Shown piece after piece: positions 37,723 to 47,537 of a stretch of 64,000 nt of DNA. Position 1 is the first letter of the stretch, and the number at the start of each line of letters is the position of its first letter. Location of the stretch: IMG/VR virus record IMGVR_UViG_3300045988_119379, positions 87,113 to 151,112 of that record. One strand, given 5' to 3'. Under the pieces are notes generated by a model. The model saw only the letters and a program-made list of their open reading frames with translations. It made no database searches and was not told where the DNA came from. The DNA comes from a virus. Both the position numbers and the translations under genes were made by a program.

Positions 37723-38716
37723 ACTGTTTTTCTTTTACCTTGTTATTAATTATCAAATCTGCCACATCATCTCCGTCTCCTACATTTTCAACATTTTGAA
37801 GATAGTCCGATACTTTTATCCTTGACTTCATCATCATCATCCCATCTATCTTTTTACTCCATGTCTCAAATGCTTGTCCTTTGTCCGGAAAAGCTACGGT
37901 CTTTCTATCTTTTAAAACATCTATCACTTCCGGCCTTAGGTTCTGCAACCCACCGGTAGCTACAAATAACTCATCTGGTTTATTCACAGCGCATATAATA
38001 GCCGTCTTTTCTGATTCCACCAAATTAACCACCTTATCCGGATACTGGCTTAGAAGATGCTCTCCGAACAGGCATTGTCTAAACAAGAAGTCTCTTGCAT
38101 GCAACGAGTGATAAAACATAACATGAGGCCGTTCATTGTCACCGTCTTTTTCTTTCACTCTTTTTACATCAATCTCATTCCCCTGGCTGTCGGTCTTTAT
38201 ATAAAAGTCCATGATCTTGCCGGTTCTACATACAAAATCTTTGTCTATCTGCCAGAATACACAACACCCTTTCCATCCCCATAAGTCCATTGTTCCGACA
38301 TGATACCTTCTGAATACATCAGATACCCTTTCTTTTCCCCATAGAGACGATAAAAATCTAAATACGGTGTTTCTATCGTCTGGGACTACAGTCCTCTCAA
38401 ACTCGCTAAAAGGTATGTAATTTACAACGTCAGGATTTATAGGAGGACGATAAGCTCTTATACACTTATTTCCCGAAATCCAAAGATCTTTGTCACCTAC
38501 ATCCTTACCAGTGGGTCGTTTATCGTAACCGCAAGTCCGTTCGTGATCGCATCTTCCGAACTCGTTTCCAACAACCTGACCTGTTGCCACATCAATATAA
38601 GGAGTGAGGCACCGGCTTTTCCCGCAAGCCGGGCAGGTTAGCTTCAGTCGGCTCCTGCCGGGCCTGCGGTCAAGTTGAAACCGGGGTACGTTTTCGTATT
38701 TTCTGAAATCAAGCAT
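37700..38716 (-). CDS. putative DNA primase (338 aa): N-terminal Cys-rich zinc ribbon (CPACG...C...CDHERTC) plus C-terminal TOPRIM-like region (VVNLVESEKTAI ... AFPDKGQA)
   Basis: motif resemblance only; located next to DnaB-like helicase. Confidence 0.35.
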   Translation of the reverse strand: MLDFRKYENVPRFQLDRRPGRSRLKLTCPACGKSRCLTPYIDVATGQVVGNEFGRCDHERTCGYDKRPTGKDVGDKDLWISGNKCIRAYRPPINPDVVNYIPFSEFERTVVPDDRNTVFRFLSSLWGKERVSDVFRRYHVGTMDLWGWKGCCVFWQIDKDFVCRTGKIMDFYIKTDSQGNEIDVKRVKEKDGDNERPHVMFYHSLHARDFLFRQCLFGEHLLSQYPDKVVNLVESEKTAIICAVNKPDELFVATGGLQNLRPEVIDVLKDRKTVAFPDKGQAFETWSKKIDGMMMMKSRIKVSDYLQNVENVGDGDDVADLIINNKVKEKQYEPGRLY

Positions 38717-38725
38717 AATGCTTAT

Positions 38726-40042
38726 TTATATTACAAATCTTTTAGACATTTCCTCAGCAATATCATATACAACAATATGATCCTCTTCATTGTATGGCTT
38801 ATTGATATTCAGCACTCCTTTTCTCACTTTGAACCTCTTATCTTTTCTGATATGATTCAACATCCCTTGTTGGAATACACAGTCTGCCTTCTCCATAGCA
38901 GCATTTTTATCAGACCATTCTTTTAGCGTATAACCTTTACTGTTCGTGCTTTTTGGAGAAAAATTCATAATACGTGCATCAATTCCGTACCAGTTTTTAA
39001 CCATTCTCCTTTCAGCCTCCAATTGAAAAGCATGTTCATTTCGTATGTCACCTGATTTAAAATCTAAGATAACAATCTCTTCTTTCTCCACTTCTCTCAC
39101 TTCCTTCTTCTGATCTCCTTTTTTGAACTGCCCCGTAGCCCTTTGATACACGGCTCCAAAATAACCTTCTTCTTTGTACTTGAATGTCATTTTAACCATC
39201 GCATCTATCGGCGTAGCTACCAAATAATCTTCTAATGATAATATTCTTTCAATCATCATCGGCTTAACCTTATACTCCGAACAAAATTTAGCAAACTTCA
39301 TAACCCTAACAATCATATCGTCAAGATCATCTATGCTACCAAAGAATTTGTCAAGATTCTTTTTTGATATCTTCAGCTTGCCTTCTTGCACTGTCTTAAC
39401 TATAAAACTTCGATTTAAGACCATATCTCTACCTGTCAAGTATAATCCGTATAGGTAGTGCATGATCGTTCCTTTATCTGCATCATATTCTGATACTTCT
39501 TCCGGATTGCGACCAATCATCCTCATCTCCTGTCTCCATTCTTGAAGAGCCGTTTTGTCATCTACGAATCCGTCTCTGATCATGGTTGTTACCGAGGCGT
39601 ATATCTTGGCTGTCCCATCGTCCATCTTTCTTACATAAAAACGATTACCGTCTAATGTCAATCTTACGAATTTGGGAGTCTCGATCTTCTTTAACTCATC
39701 ACAGATATAAAACGGCTCTAACGTTTCCTGATTTTCTGTAAACGGATTCGAATCCTCTTCTCCAGGGTTAGAAGCGGCTCCCTCCTCCGGAGCTTCCGGT
39801 TCCTCCTTCTGGGCCTGCTCTGGCTCAGGCGCCGGCTCTTCAACTACTGGAACCTGTCCGCCTCTTTCTGCTATGTCTCTGTTCTTTATTAAAGACATAA
39901 CCTCCTTCTTTAACTGCTCTGGTGTTTGGTTGGGATCTGACACCGATATCACAACATCGTTCATTCTAAACAACGTATTTCCTTCTCCTTCCACCATAGG
40001 TACAAATCCTAAATCTGTCAATATTTTTATTTTTTCTTTCAT
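38726..40042 (-). CDS. hypothetical protein (438 aa) with acidic Pro/Glu linker; possible second PD-(D/E)XK-type nuclease (VILDFKSG) - tentative
   Basis: ORF; weak motif. Confidence 0.5.
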   Translation of the reverse strand: MKEKIKILTDLGFVPMVEGEGNTLFRMNDVVISVSDPNQTPEQLKKEVMSLIKNRDIAERGGQVPVVEEPAPEPEQAQKEEPEAPEEGAASNPGEEDSNPFTENQETLEPFYICDELKKIETPKFVRLTLDGNRFYVRKMDDGTAKIYASVTTMIRDGFVDDKTALQEWRQEMRMIGRNPEEVSEYDADKGTIMHYLYGLYLTGRDMVLNRSFIVKTVQEGKLKISKKNLDKFFGSIDDLDDMIVRVMKFAKFCSEYKVKPMMIERILSLEDYLVATPIDAMVKMTFKYKEEGYFGAVYQRATGQFKKGDQKKEVREVEKEEIVILDFKSGDIRNEHAFQLEAERRMVKNWYGIDARIMNFSPKSTNSKGYTLKEWSDKNAAMEKADCVFQQGMLNHIRKDKRFKVRKGVLNINKPYNEEDHIVVYDIAEEMSKRFVI

Positions 40043-40224
40043 GATCTTCCTCTAATCAATTCTTCTTTAATACAATGTAACACTGTTTCCACTTCATCTT
40101 TATCTCTATCTTTCACTGCGATAGCTATATCCTTACCATAACTCTCTCTTCGTATGTGAGCATAAAAGATAGTTTCATCGTCAGCTTCTATTCTTATTTT
40201 ATAAAGTTTTCTCATATCTGTCAA
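40039..40224 (-). CDS. hypothetical protein (61 aa)
   Basis: ORF, ATGA overlap. Confidence 0.4.
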   Translation of the reverse strand: MTDMRKLYKIRIEADDETIFYAHIRRESYGKDIAIAVKDRDKDEVETVLHCIKEELIRGRS

Positions 40225-40723
40225 TTATTTCAATAATTAATCTACCTCTTTCTTTAATCATTCCCCTGCTTTCCATATCCAGTACCTTCTTTACCGCATA
40301 CTTCCACACAAAAGGAAATTCTGTTTCAAGTTTATCAAATTCCATCCGGTCAAGATACATGTCGAATACCGTATGCTCCGATTCATGAAGGAAAACTATA
40401 TTATCTCTGCAAGTGGCAACCGACTTATATAACCCTTTCGGAAGTATGTGACAGACGTTACATACTGTAGGAAAATGAATAGCCTTACCAGTCATAGACA
40501 TTCGAATAGTACCCAACTCCTCCAACATAAGACGAAAAAACCCGGATAAATCCGGGTTCTCTAACTTTTTCTTCTTGCTGCTGTTTTTAATGGATGTAAT
40601 TCTGTCTTTTTTCTTCGGAGTCAACTCTTTGCTCCTGCAAGCCTGGCATAAGCCATGACTTCTTATCATTACTTTTCGTCCGCATTTTTCGCAGACGTAT
40701 AGCTTCTTTTCCTTGCTTTCCAT
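40199..40723 (-). CDS. hypothetical zinc-ribbon protein (174 aa; CEKCG...CQAC)
   Basis: ORF. Confidence 0.5.
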   Translation of the reverse strand: MESKEKKLYVCEKCGRKVMIRSHGLCQACRSKELTPKKKDRITSIKNSSKKKKLENPDLSGFFRLMLEELGTIRMSMTGKAIHFPTVCNVCHILPKGLYKSVATCRDNIVFLHESEHTVFDMYLDRMEFDKLETEFPFVWKYAVKKVLDMESRGMIKERGRLIIEIIDRYEKTL

Positions 40724-40908
40724 TCGAATAATAATGATATTATTGAAAAGAATAATCCCGCTGAAGCCAGTAGATAAGGCACGTTCATTAATAATTTAGA
40801 TACCTCGTCTGTCTTAATCACTATCAGAAGGAAAGCGCCTGCTGAAAGCAATGATATTATCGCCACAACAAGCGCTATGTTGGAAACTACATCAGCCTTA
40901 CTCTTCAC
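40669..40908 (-). CDS. small membrane protein (79 aa, 2 TM)
   Basis: ORF; hydrophobic segments. Confidence 0.4.
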   Translation of the reverse strand: MKSKADVVSNIALVVAIISLLSAGAFLLIVIKTDEVSKLLMNVPYLLASAGLFFSIISLLFEWKARKRSYTSAKNADEK

Positions 40909-41368
40909 TCTTCTTCTCGCCTAATTTTTCAGCTCCCTTCTGAAGATCGTATTTAAACACTTCAATGATTTTCGTTTCCACAATAGACTCGCAATTCCAG
41001 TCTCCTAACGTACCCTGCATACCTTTAGTCAACACAGCTTCGGCATCCTTAGGATTGCCGGCCTGGATATACATATAGCATGGAGTTTTCTTTTCTTTAC
41101 CTTTCTTTTCATCCAGTGTAATGTAATTCACCTTACACTTATACCAGTACTCAGCTTCTCCGTTGAAGAAGATTTCCGACACTTTAATAGGATTAATTTT
41201 TACAACCTCGAAAGAATTGTACAAATCCTTGAAGATCTCCAACGATCTTGATTCTGCCTCTGTGTAAGACAAGGCATCCACTAAATACTTTTCAGTTACT
41301 TTCTTTTTTTTGCCGTTCTCGATATTATCAATCTCGGCTTTTACCGTAATTTCAAACCATCTATTCAT
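40898..41368 (-). CDS. hypothetical protein (156 aa)
   Basis: ORF. Confidence 0.5.
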   Translation of the reverse strand: MNRWFEITVKAEIDNIENGKKKKVTEKYLVDALSYTEAESRSLEIFKDLYNSFEVVKINPIKVSEIFFNGEAEYWYKCKVNYITLDEKKGKEKKTPCYMYIQAGNPKDAEAVLTKGMQGTLGDWNCESIVETKIIEVFKYDLQKGAEKLGEKKSEE

Positions 41369-41379
41369 TGTATTAATAT

Positions 41380-41688
41380 TTAATTAGTTGATTTCTTTCC
41401 TTTCTCTATACTATTTTTAAATCTTTCAGAACACCACTGCAAAACGTCCATCATCGTCATCTCATTGTTGGATAAGATACCTTTTATAATTAACGCCAAT
41501 TGATGCTGTGACATTCTTTGACTCATATCAAATCTTCTTTCCTCTTCATTTACTATCGTAGCCACGAAATACTTACACCCCTCTAAGTGCGTCAGGGCTT
41601 CAATCATAGCTTCTTTTATCTCTTTTTCTTCCATTCTGTTTGTTTTTTTTGGACAAAGATATGTCTTTTGATAATAAAAAAGATTCAA
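41380..41688 (-). CDS. hypothetical protein (102 aa)
   Basis: ORF. Confidence 0.5.
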   Translation of the reverse strand: MNLFYYQKTYLCPKKTNRMEEKEIKEAMIEALTHLEGCKYFVATIVNEEERRFDMSQRMSQHQLALIIKGILSNNEMTMMDVLQWCSERFKNSIEKGKKSTN

Positions 41689-41708
41689 AATGATTTAATT
41701 TAGCTTAA

Positions 41709-42377
41709 TTACTGCTCTTTTGATTCGTCCGGTATAGGCATGTCAAACTTTTTTCTGATAAACGACTCTGTTTCTTCATTGAATGGATAGGCCTCCTTAA
41801 TAAAATTCATAGCTACCTCCATATTACCGTCTGCTATATCTTTATACCTTTCAAAGATACCAACCAGGTCATTGTTATATGAACGCTCTTGTTTTATGTT
41901 GTACACGTATTTCAACACCCTGTCTTTAATTTCATTGGCTTTTTTCACAGTATTATTGAAGGAATTTATACTTTCCAATTCCGGATCTTTGTTTTCCTTG
42001 TTTACCTTATCAAACTCTTCCTTGCTATATCCCGCTTCTCCTGTAATGGCTGGGCAAACACTTCCATTTATGATCCAAAACTGCTCATACGATCCTATTA
42101 GAAACTTTGATTCCATTTTAAATGCATTATATTTAATAAGCAAATTAGCCACCTCAGTTGCACCTTCTACGGTTCTAAAACCGATGCCGATATCTTTTAA
42201 CATAAATACTGGAACTCCAGTTCTTGGATACACGACTTCTTTTTTGTTCTTTATATTCCAGTTTTTAGCTTCAATTGGAATACCTTTACCAGCAAGCTCT
42301 TTGTCTATATACAGACATATCTCTTTACATGTCAATGACACAATCTCATCTCTGCTTAAATCAAAAACTGTTTTCAT
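41709..42377 (-). CDS. hypothetical protein (222 aa)
   Basis: ORF. Confidence 0.55.
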   Translation of the reverse strand: MKTVFDLSRDEIVSLTCKEICLYIDKELAGKGIPIEAKNWNIKNKKEVVYPRTGVPVFMLKDIGIGFRTVEGATEVANLLIKYNAFKMESKFLIGSYEQFWIINGSVCPAITGEAGYSKEEFDKVNKENKDPELESINSFNNTVKKANEIKDRVLKYVYNIKQERSYNNDLVGIFERYKDIADGNMEVAMNFIKEAYPFNEETESFIRKKFDMPIPDESKEQ

Positions 42378-42577
42378 TTCTTTTTATTTATTAAATTAAA
42401 CAATCTACCTCTTTGTTCGGGCTCCGTATATTCAACCCATATATCGGCTGCCACATTTCTAAGAAATTCCATAAAGTCTTGATGATCCCTGTATTCAGCA
42501 GAATCAACTTTTCTCACAAAACTTAGAATTTCCTTTAACATCTTATTGTTTTCTTCAAGAAGTTCTCTGTCGGTCAT
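42374..42577 (-). CDS. hypothetical protein (67 aa)
   Basis: ORF, ATGA overlap. Confidence 0.4.
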   Translation of the reverse strand: MTDRELLEENNKMLKEILSFVRKVDSAEYRDHQDFMEFLRNVAADIWVEYTEPEQRGRLFNLINKKK

Positions 42578-42697
42578 AACCTTTCATATTTTCTTCTTAA
42601 GTCTTTACCTGCCCAGATATCATGATCTTTTTCTTGTTCTTGATAAATCTTTGCTGCTTTTTCAATATCTTCTCTTTTCATAATTTTATACTTTAAT

Positions 42698-43033
42698 CTA
42701 ACCTCCAATAAAATCATCGGGAGTTATATATCCTACTGATTCCATACGGTCTATAATCTCATTCGCATTCATTTCTGAACCGTTCCATTCAAGTATGATT
42801 TCATTTCCTGAAGCCATGCTCAAATTAGGCTCATTATCTCTAAATCCTGAGAAAGCAAGATGTTCCCAAATGGATTGCAGTGCAAGATCCGCTTCGTTTT
42901 GTTTGTTTTCTGCTTTCTTTATGGCATTTCTTAATTTTTTATTCATTATCACCCCCTTTCTTCTTCTCATGGGAGCAAGTCCTCGATGTATGCCCAGCGC
43001 ATATAATGATCCTTTTCTGAAAGTTCTTCCCAT
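42698..43033 (-). CDS. hypothetical protein (111 aa)
   Basis: ORF. Confidence 0.45.
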   Translation of the reverse strand: MGRTFRKGSLYALGIHRGLAPMRRRKGVIMNKKLRNAIKKAENKQNEADLALQSIWEHLAFSGFRDNEPNLSMASGNEIILEWNGSEMNANEIIDRMESVGYITPDDFIGG

Positions 43034-43200
43034 GACTTGCTCTTGGTTAAATAGACCAAATCATAAGCACCGTCAATATCCTCCACAATGAGCAGTTTCC
43101 CTTTGTCTGGCTTTTCTCTTGCATCGTGCCACACGCTGTTAATGCGCCATTCTGCACCAGCTTTAAAAAGAGGAACAGCAAATTCTATATCTTGTTTCAT
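42967..43200 (-). CDS. hypothetical protein (77 aa)
   Basis: ORF. Confidence 0.4.
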   Translation of the reverse strand: MKQDIEFAVPLFKAGAEWRINSVWHDAREKPDKGKLLIVEDIDGAYDLVYLTKSKSWEELSEKDHYMRWAYIEDLLP

Positions 43201-43244
43201 GTCTTATTATTGTTTAATTAATTTAAATATTTTTAGTTTTGAAA

Positions 43245-43490
43245 TTATTTAATATGCTTATCGGCTGGATTGATTATCAATCCATCGTCACATGAAGGGA
43301 ATGATATGTTAGATTCTCCATTATCAAGATTAGTCAGTTTAACCGTTCCAGCATATTCATCATCCACAAAAAACAATTGACCCGAAGAAACCACAAACCT
43401 GCATTGATATGCATTCATCATTGTCCCAAGTTGTCTAATCTTAGTTTTAATCTCTAAAAGTTGAGCGTTGTTGATTATATTCTTATTCAT
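43245..43490 (-). CDS. hypothetical protein (81 aa)
   Basis: ORF. Confidence 0.45.
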   Translation of the reverse strand: MNKNIINNAQLLEIKTKIRQLGTMMNAYQCRFVVSSGQLFFVDDEYAGTVKLTNLDNGESNISFPSCDDGLIINPADKHIK

Positions 43491-43643
43491 ATTTTATTAA
43501 AGTTTATCTATTATTTTGTCACCCATTTCCTGCCATTCATCACTCACGCTTATAACCAATCCTATGACAGTGAATGATAATAACAACGTAAAAATAAGCC
43601 ATAACAGAAAGCGGATAAAAACACATACATACCTCATGATTTT

Positions 43644-44411
43644 TCAGTTGTTAGATAAAAGCAAAATCGGTTCATTTGACTCCGCAATTGCTTTTATTTG
43701 TTCTGGATTGATAAAACTCTTGACTTGTTCACTTATCTTACAAATAGATTTGATCATATCAACGAATAATTTTGAGGTGCATTCGTTGCATTCCACTTCC
43801 ATTACCGGCTTATATCGATTGTATGACATACCTGCTACACAATTCAGCCAGTGCGCATAGGTTCCTTTTTCTGTATTTAACCTGCTGTATTCTACTTTTG
43901 TCTCTCCATTTCCATATTCAATTACTCTTTTTAGAAATGGTTTTGCATAAACACTAAAACCGAAAGGTTGGGTGTTTAAGGCATCTAAACGGGAAGTTCC
44001 ATCCCTCCATTTTCCATTTTCATCGCCTCCTGTCCATTCCTTAGAGGGGTTAGGGACAATATTTCCGTTTTTGTCATAGGAAAACATGCAATTCGTTTCC
44101 AGTTGATACTTAATAATAGGCACTTCTTCTACTATTTTATAACTCAAACATCTCTTTAAAACTTCCCTGATTTGACTTTCCAAATCAGAAAGTGCTATAC
44201 TATTAAAATATCCTTCATTGCCTAATCTGTTTGTAGGTAATTTGATCCCATAAGAATGAATCTTGTCCACATCTTCTTTTGACAAGGTAGTGGTAAACAC
44301 TCCTTCTTTGGTGACATTTACTTTAACAGTTACGGACAAACTGTTGTTAGCATTCTTTTCCGTTATATTTAGTGTTGTTAATGCTGCCATAATCAGATCT
44401 TTTAAAATCAA
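43644..44411 (-). CDS. hypothetical protein (255 aa)
   Basis: ORF. Confidence 0.55.
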   Translation of the reverse strand: MILKDLIMAALTTLNITEKNANNSLSVTVKVNVTKEGVFTTTLSKEDVDKIHSYGIKLPTNRLGNEGYFNSIALSDLESQIREVLKRCLSYKIVEEVPIIKYQLETNCMFSYDKNGNIVPNPSKEWTGGDENGKWRDGTSRLDALNTQPFGFSVYAKPFLKRVIEYGNGETKVEYSRLNTEKGTYAHWLNCVAGMSYNRYKPVMEVECNECTSKLFVDMIKSICKISEQVKSFINPEQIKAIAESNEPILLLSNN

Positions 44412-44659
44412 TTCGAATAAATATAATACATTCCTGCTTCATATACCCTATGTACATCAGGGTCATTCTTGTCTTCCGGTTCCAATTCACTCTCTTCGCG
44501 AGTATAATCCCATTCAGAGTTGTAGTACATATCCTCATTTGTTTTCTCCAAGGAGCAATCTTTCATCAAATTCATATTTTCTCCCCATACTGCAACTTCT
44601 TGTCGTTGCTCTTCTTCTGCCATAAGAGATATTTTGTCTTTCAATTCTTTCCAGGTCAT
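44408..44659 (-). CDS. hypothetical acidic protein (83 aa)
   Basis: ORF, ATGA overlap. Confidence 0.45.
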   Translation of the reverse strand: MTWKELKDKISLMAEEEQRQEVAVWGENMNLMKDCSLEKTNEDMYYNSEWDYTREESELEPEDKNDPDVHRVYEAGMYYIYSN

Positions 44660-44683
44660 AATTTTTAAAAGATGATTAATAAT

Positions 44684-45067
44684 TTATTCTACATCAAAAA
44701 GCTGATCTAACACCAACAATTCCGCATTCATATCTTCATCTTTCGGGAAACGAACTTTTATATTTCCAAACTTAGATGTCTTAAACAAGATGTAAGGGTT
44801 CATATCTTCGGCAGTCACCGGCTTATATTCCTTAACTTCCGACATCTTGAGATACCAGTCACCTATTTTTACAAACCCAGAAAAGATAGAACACAGATGC
44901 GCTTTTACAGACTGTATCTCCTTTTTATCTTTGAAAGGTATAATTTCGTCCTTTCCCCTTATCCTGATTGACAAGAAAGGACGAATGTTATCTGTTTCAT
45001 TTTGAAATTTGAAGCCTGTTATGGCTTGCTTGGGGATTCTTCTTCCCATTAATATAAAATAGCTCAT
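44684..45067 (-). CDS. hypothetical protein (127 aa)
   Basis: ORF. Confidence 0.5.
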   Translation of the reverse strand: MSYFILMGRRIPKQAITGFKFQNETDNIRPFLSIRIRGKDEIIPFKDKKEIQSVKAHLCSIFSGFVKIGDWYLKMSEVKEYKPVTAEDMNPYILFKTSKFGNIKVRFPKDEDMNAELLVLDQLFDVE

Positions 45068-45378
45068 TGTGATAAGTGATTTTGTTTTATATCAGGTAAG
45101 TAATTTGTAATAACATCAAGTGATATCCATAACTCTGGCTCTATGCTATTTTTTATTCTATCACTGAAAAGAGAATTATCATCACAATCACAATGAGAGA
45201 TTGTGATATAACAATCTTGATAATCCCACCAATGAGCCGATTTAAAATCGTCTCCTCCATTCCAAAACCCTATTCTTATACCTCTTGGGTTGAAATCTTC
45301 ATCTATCCAACTTGGGTGATAAGCCAACACTTCTTCTCCCTCTGAAGGTTTTTCCTCTTTGAATTTCTTCCAGTTCAT
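45064..45378 (-). CDS. hypothetical protein (104 aa)
   Basis: ORF. Confidence 0.5.
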   Translation of the reverse strand: MNWKKFKEEKPSEGEEVLAYHPSWIDEDFNPRGIRIGFWNGGDDFKSAHWWDYQDCYITISHCDCDDNSLFSDRIKNSIEPELWISLDVITNYLPDIKQNHLSQ

Positions 45379-45478
45379 CTCACCTTTAATTAATTAGACA
45401 CAAATATACAAGTTTTACTAAGATGCCCTTCTGTCATCTCTTTGACATACTCCCACACCTAAAGTTCGCGGTAGTATG

Positions 45479-45832
45479 TCAATCTATTGATTTCTTCCCA
45501 ATCTTTTTAATCTTTGTTGGTCTTGACAATCGATAATCCTTTTCTATCGGCCTATCGAATACGTCATTCCTATATCCTTTATATCCTTTCTCGTAAATAC
45601 TAACCCTTGCACAAAACTCAATCACATCGCCTGGTAATAAATCGGCGCTTTCGAATCCTTTTGTCAAATCAAACCACAAATGATCTGTTACTATTTTATC
45701 ATCGAGTAACACGTCTTGTAAAAGTATTGTCTTTACAGGTCCTTTATACCCATCCCTGAATCCAAAACGAATGAATGTCGCTGTAAATACGCGCCGATCT
45801 CTTGATCCTATTATTTTCAGTTCTTTTCTCAT
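45479..45832 (-). CDS. hypothetical protein (117 aa), immediately downstream of ABC ATPase
   Basis: ORF. Confidence 0.5.
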   Translation of the reverse strand: MRKELKIIGSRDRRVFTATFIRFGFRDGYKGPVKTILLQDVLLDDKIVTDHLWFDLTKGFESADLLPGDVIEFCARVSIYEKGYKGYRNDVFDRPIEKDYRLSRPTKIKKIGKKSID

Positions 45833-45838
45833 TCTCTT

Positions 45839-46648
45839 TCATTTATTTGTTTCACTTATGAAATTGACAACATCCTTTAGATATCCTTCTGTCATCTCTA
45901 TGAAATTCACACAATCTAATTTGCTTAACTTGTAAATCAATGCCGGATTGTGTATTATGGCTATAATTTGTGTTTGTGGTTTATGGAATGACAATACATT
46001 ATAAATTTGCATTATGTTGTCAATGTCAAGATTCCTGTCTGGCTCATCCATGAGAACCGTGTATTCAAAACTGCTTTTTGTTAATGTTATGCGATTTCTT
46101 TTATAATACTTCAACAGGTTATCAATTCTTTTAATCCAAAACGCATTTGATTTTTTCTTGTATTCTACAAGATCTTGTATTGGAAACGCATAATCCTTTT
46201 GGCCGAACATTAAATTGAAAAGTGATTCCAATGATAACACCACTTTCTCTCCATAAGATTTTTGAATACTATTTATATACAAATCGAAATTGTTGATGTT
46301 TTTCAATACATTGTTTCTATCTGTCTCTATTAACGGCAATAAACGAAATACTTTCCCCACATAATCGGATGATATATCAATCCCATCGAGAACCTTACCA
46401 TCATCATTATCAAATATAGATAGAAAATCCAGTGCCTCGGTCGGCATTTCAGAGCACATGGATTTCTCGCATAACGCATACATTGATATTATGTTAAGCA
46501 AGGTCGATTTTCCACTACCGTTTTTACCTATAATTACATTCACTCCTGACTTGAAAATAAATTCTCTGCCATTTTCAAATGCTTCTATATCCGAAACATA
46601 TTCAAATGGAGTTTTTGTATTGTCTTTTATTTTTACCGATGTTATCAT
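45839..46648 (-). CDS. ABC-type (AAA_21/SMC-head-like) ATPase, 269 aa: Walker A GKNGSGKST, signature-like SYGEKVVLSLESL, Walker B/D-loop VLMDEPDRNLD
   Basis: motifs recognised by eye. Confidence 0.55.
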   Translation of the reverse strand: MITSVKIKDNTKTPFEYVSDIEAFENGREFIFKSGVNVIIGKNGSGKSTLLNIISMYALCEKSMCSEMPTEALDFLSIFDNDDGKVLDGIDISSDYVGKVFRLLPLIETDRNNVLKNINNFDLYINSIQKSYGEKVVLSLESLFNLMFGQKDYAFPIQDLVEYKKKSNAFWIKRIDNLLKYYKRNRITLTKSSFEYTVLMDEPDRNLDIDNIMQIYNVLSFHKPQTQIIAIIHNPALIYKLSKLDCVNFIEMTEGYLKDVVNFISETNK

Positions 46649-46659
46649 TGTAATTCTTT

Positions 46660-47514
46660 TTAAAAATCAATTACCGTCCGAACCCTGTCACTGTTGTACT
46701 TGTTGCCGGTGCCCGTGAGGCCACTGGAGAAGACCACGTACCACGCGACGGCCTGGCTGCTCTCAGTACTGGACCAATACCACGTCGAGGAGAGGGGAGA
46801 TGCCGAAACATAAGTGAATGCTTTGTTTAGTTCGTCCATATAATGGGCCATTAAATTTAATTGACCAAGAGATGGTATATACTCGCCATCTTCCAGCAGA
46901 TTTCTCAATTTTGGATTTCTGGCTACAAGGCGTTCCGTATTGCCGCGTCCGTCAATGTCAAACAGCGCATCACATTCACATTCGTAATATGTCCCACTTC
47001 CGGATTCTTCACGGCTATCATCGTCAAGCAATTGTACGATATCATGCTCCGTCAGTGAGATTGCAAATGACATGTATCTGTGCTTCAACCCAATGTATCG
47101 TACACAATCTTTGGAGTTATCGCCGGTAAACGGCTCTGCATGTCCGTCTTTGTAGATTATATACAGTCCGTCTGTTGACTCTTTCTTATCCTCTTCGGAT
47201 GGTACTCTGTTTTCACATGTACATTTCTCACTTTTGGATCTTACGATTATATTCAACTCATTTAATACATGATTCCTGATGACGCTCTCGCACGCTTTTC
47301 TTACAAAATCATGATCTCTTTGTTTGAGTTCATCATTCACCATACATCTGATCCAATGTTCTATCTGATTGTTTCCTCCGTATGTATTATACATACACCT
47401 TTTTACAAGTTTTTCCAATAATGGTTCTATGTTTTTGATTATATCTTCTTTGGTAAGGTGAAGTTCATTTAGTATGCAGTTCCTTACTGCCTTGTATTCT
47501 TTACTTGTGCTCAT
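46660..47514 (-). CDS. hypothetical protein (284 aa) with C-terminal DUF1566/Fib_succ_major-like region (IPSLGQLNLM...WYWSSTESSQAVAWYVVFSSG...VRTV)
   Basis: motif recall. Confidence 0.45.
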   Translation of the reverse strand: MSTSKEYKAVRNCILNELHLTKEDIIKNIEPLLEKLVKRCMYNTYGGNNQIEHWIRCMVNDELKQRDHDFVRKACESVIRNHVLNELNIIVRSKSEKCTCENRVPSEEDKKESTDGLYIIYKDGHAEPFTGDNSKDCVRYIGLKHRYMSFAISLTEHDIVQLLDDDSREESGSGTYYECECDALFDIDGRGNTERLVARNPKLRNLLEDGEYIPSLGQLNLMAHYMDELNKAFTYVSASPLSSTWYWSSTESSQAVAWYVVFSSGLTGTGNKYNSDRVRTVIDF

Positions 47515-47537
47515 AATATTCTATTATTTTTTTTCAA

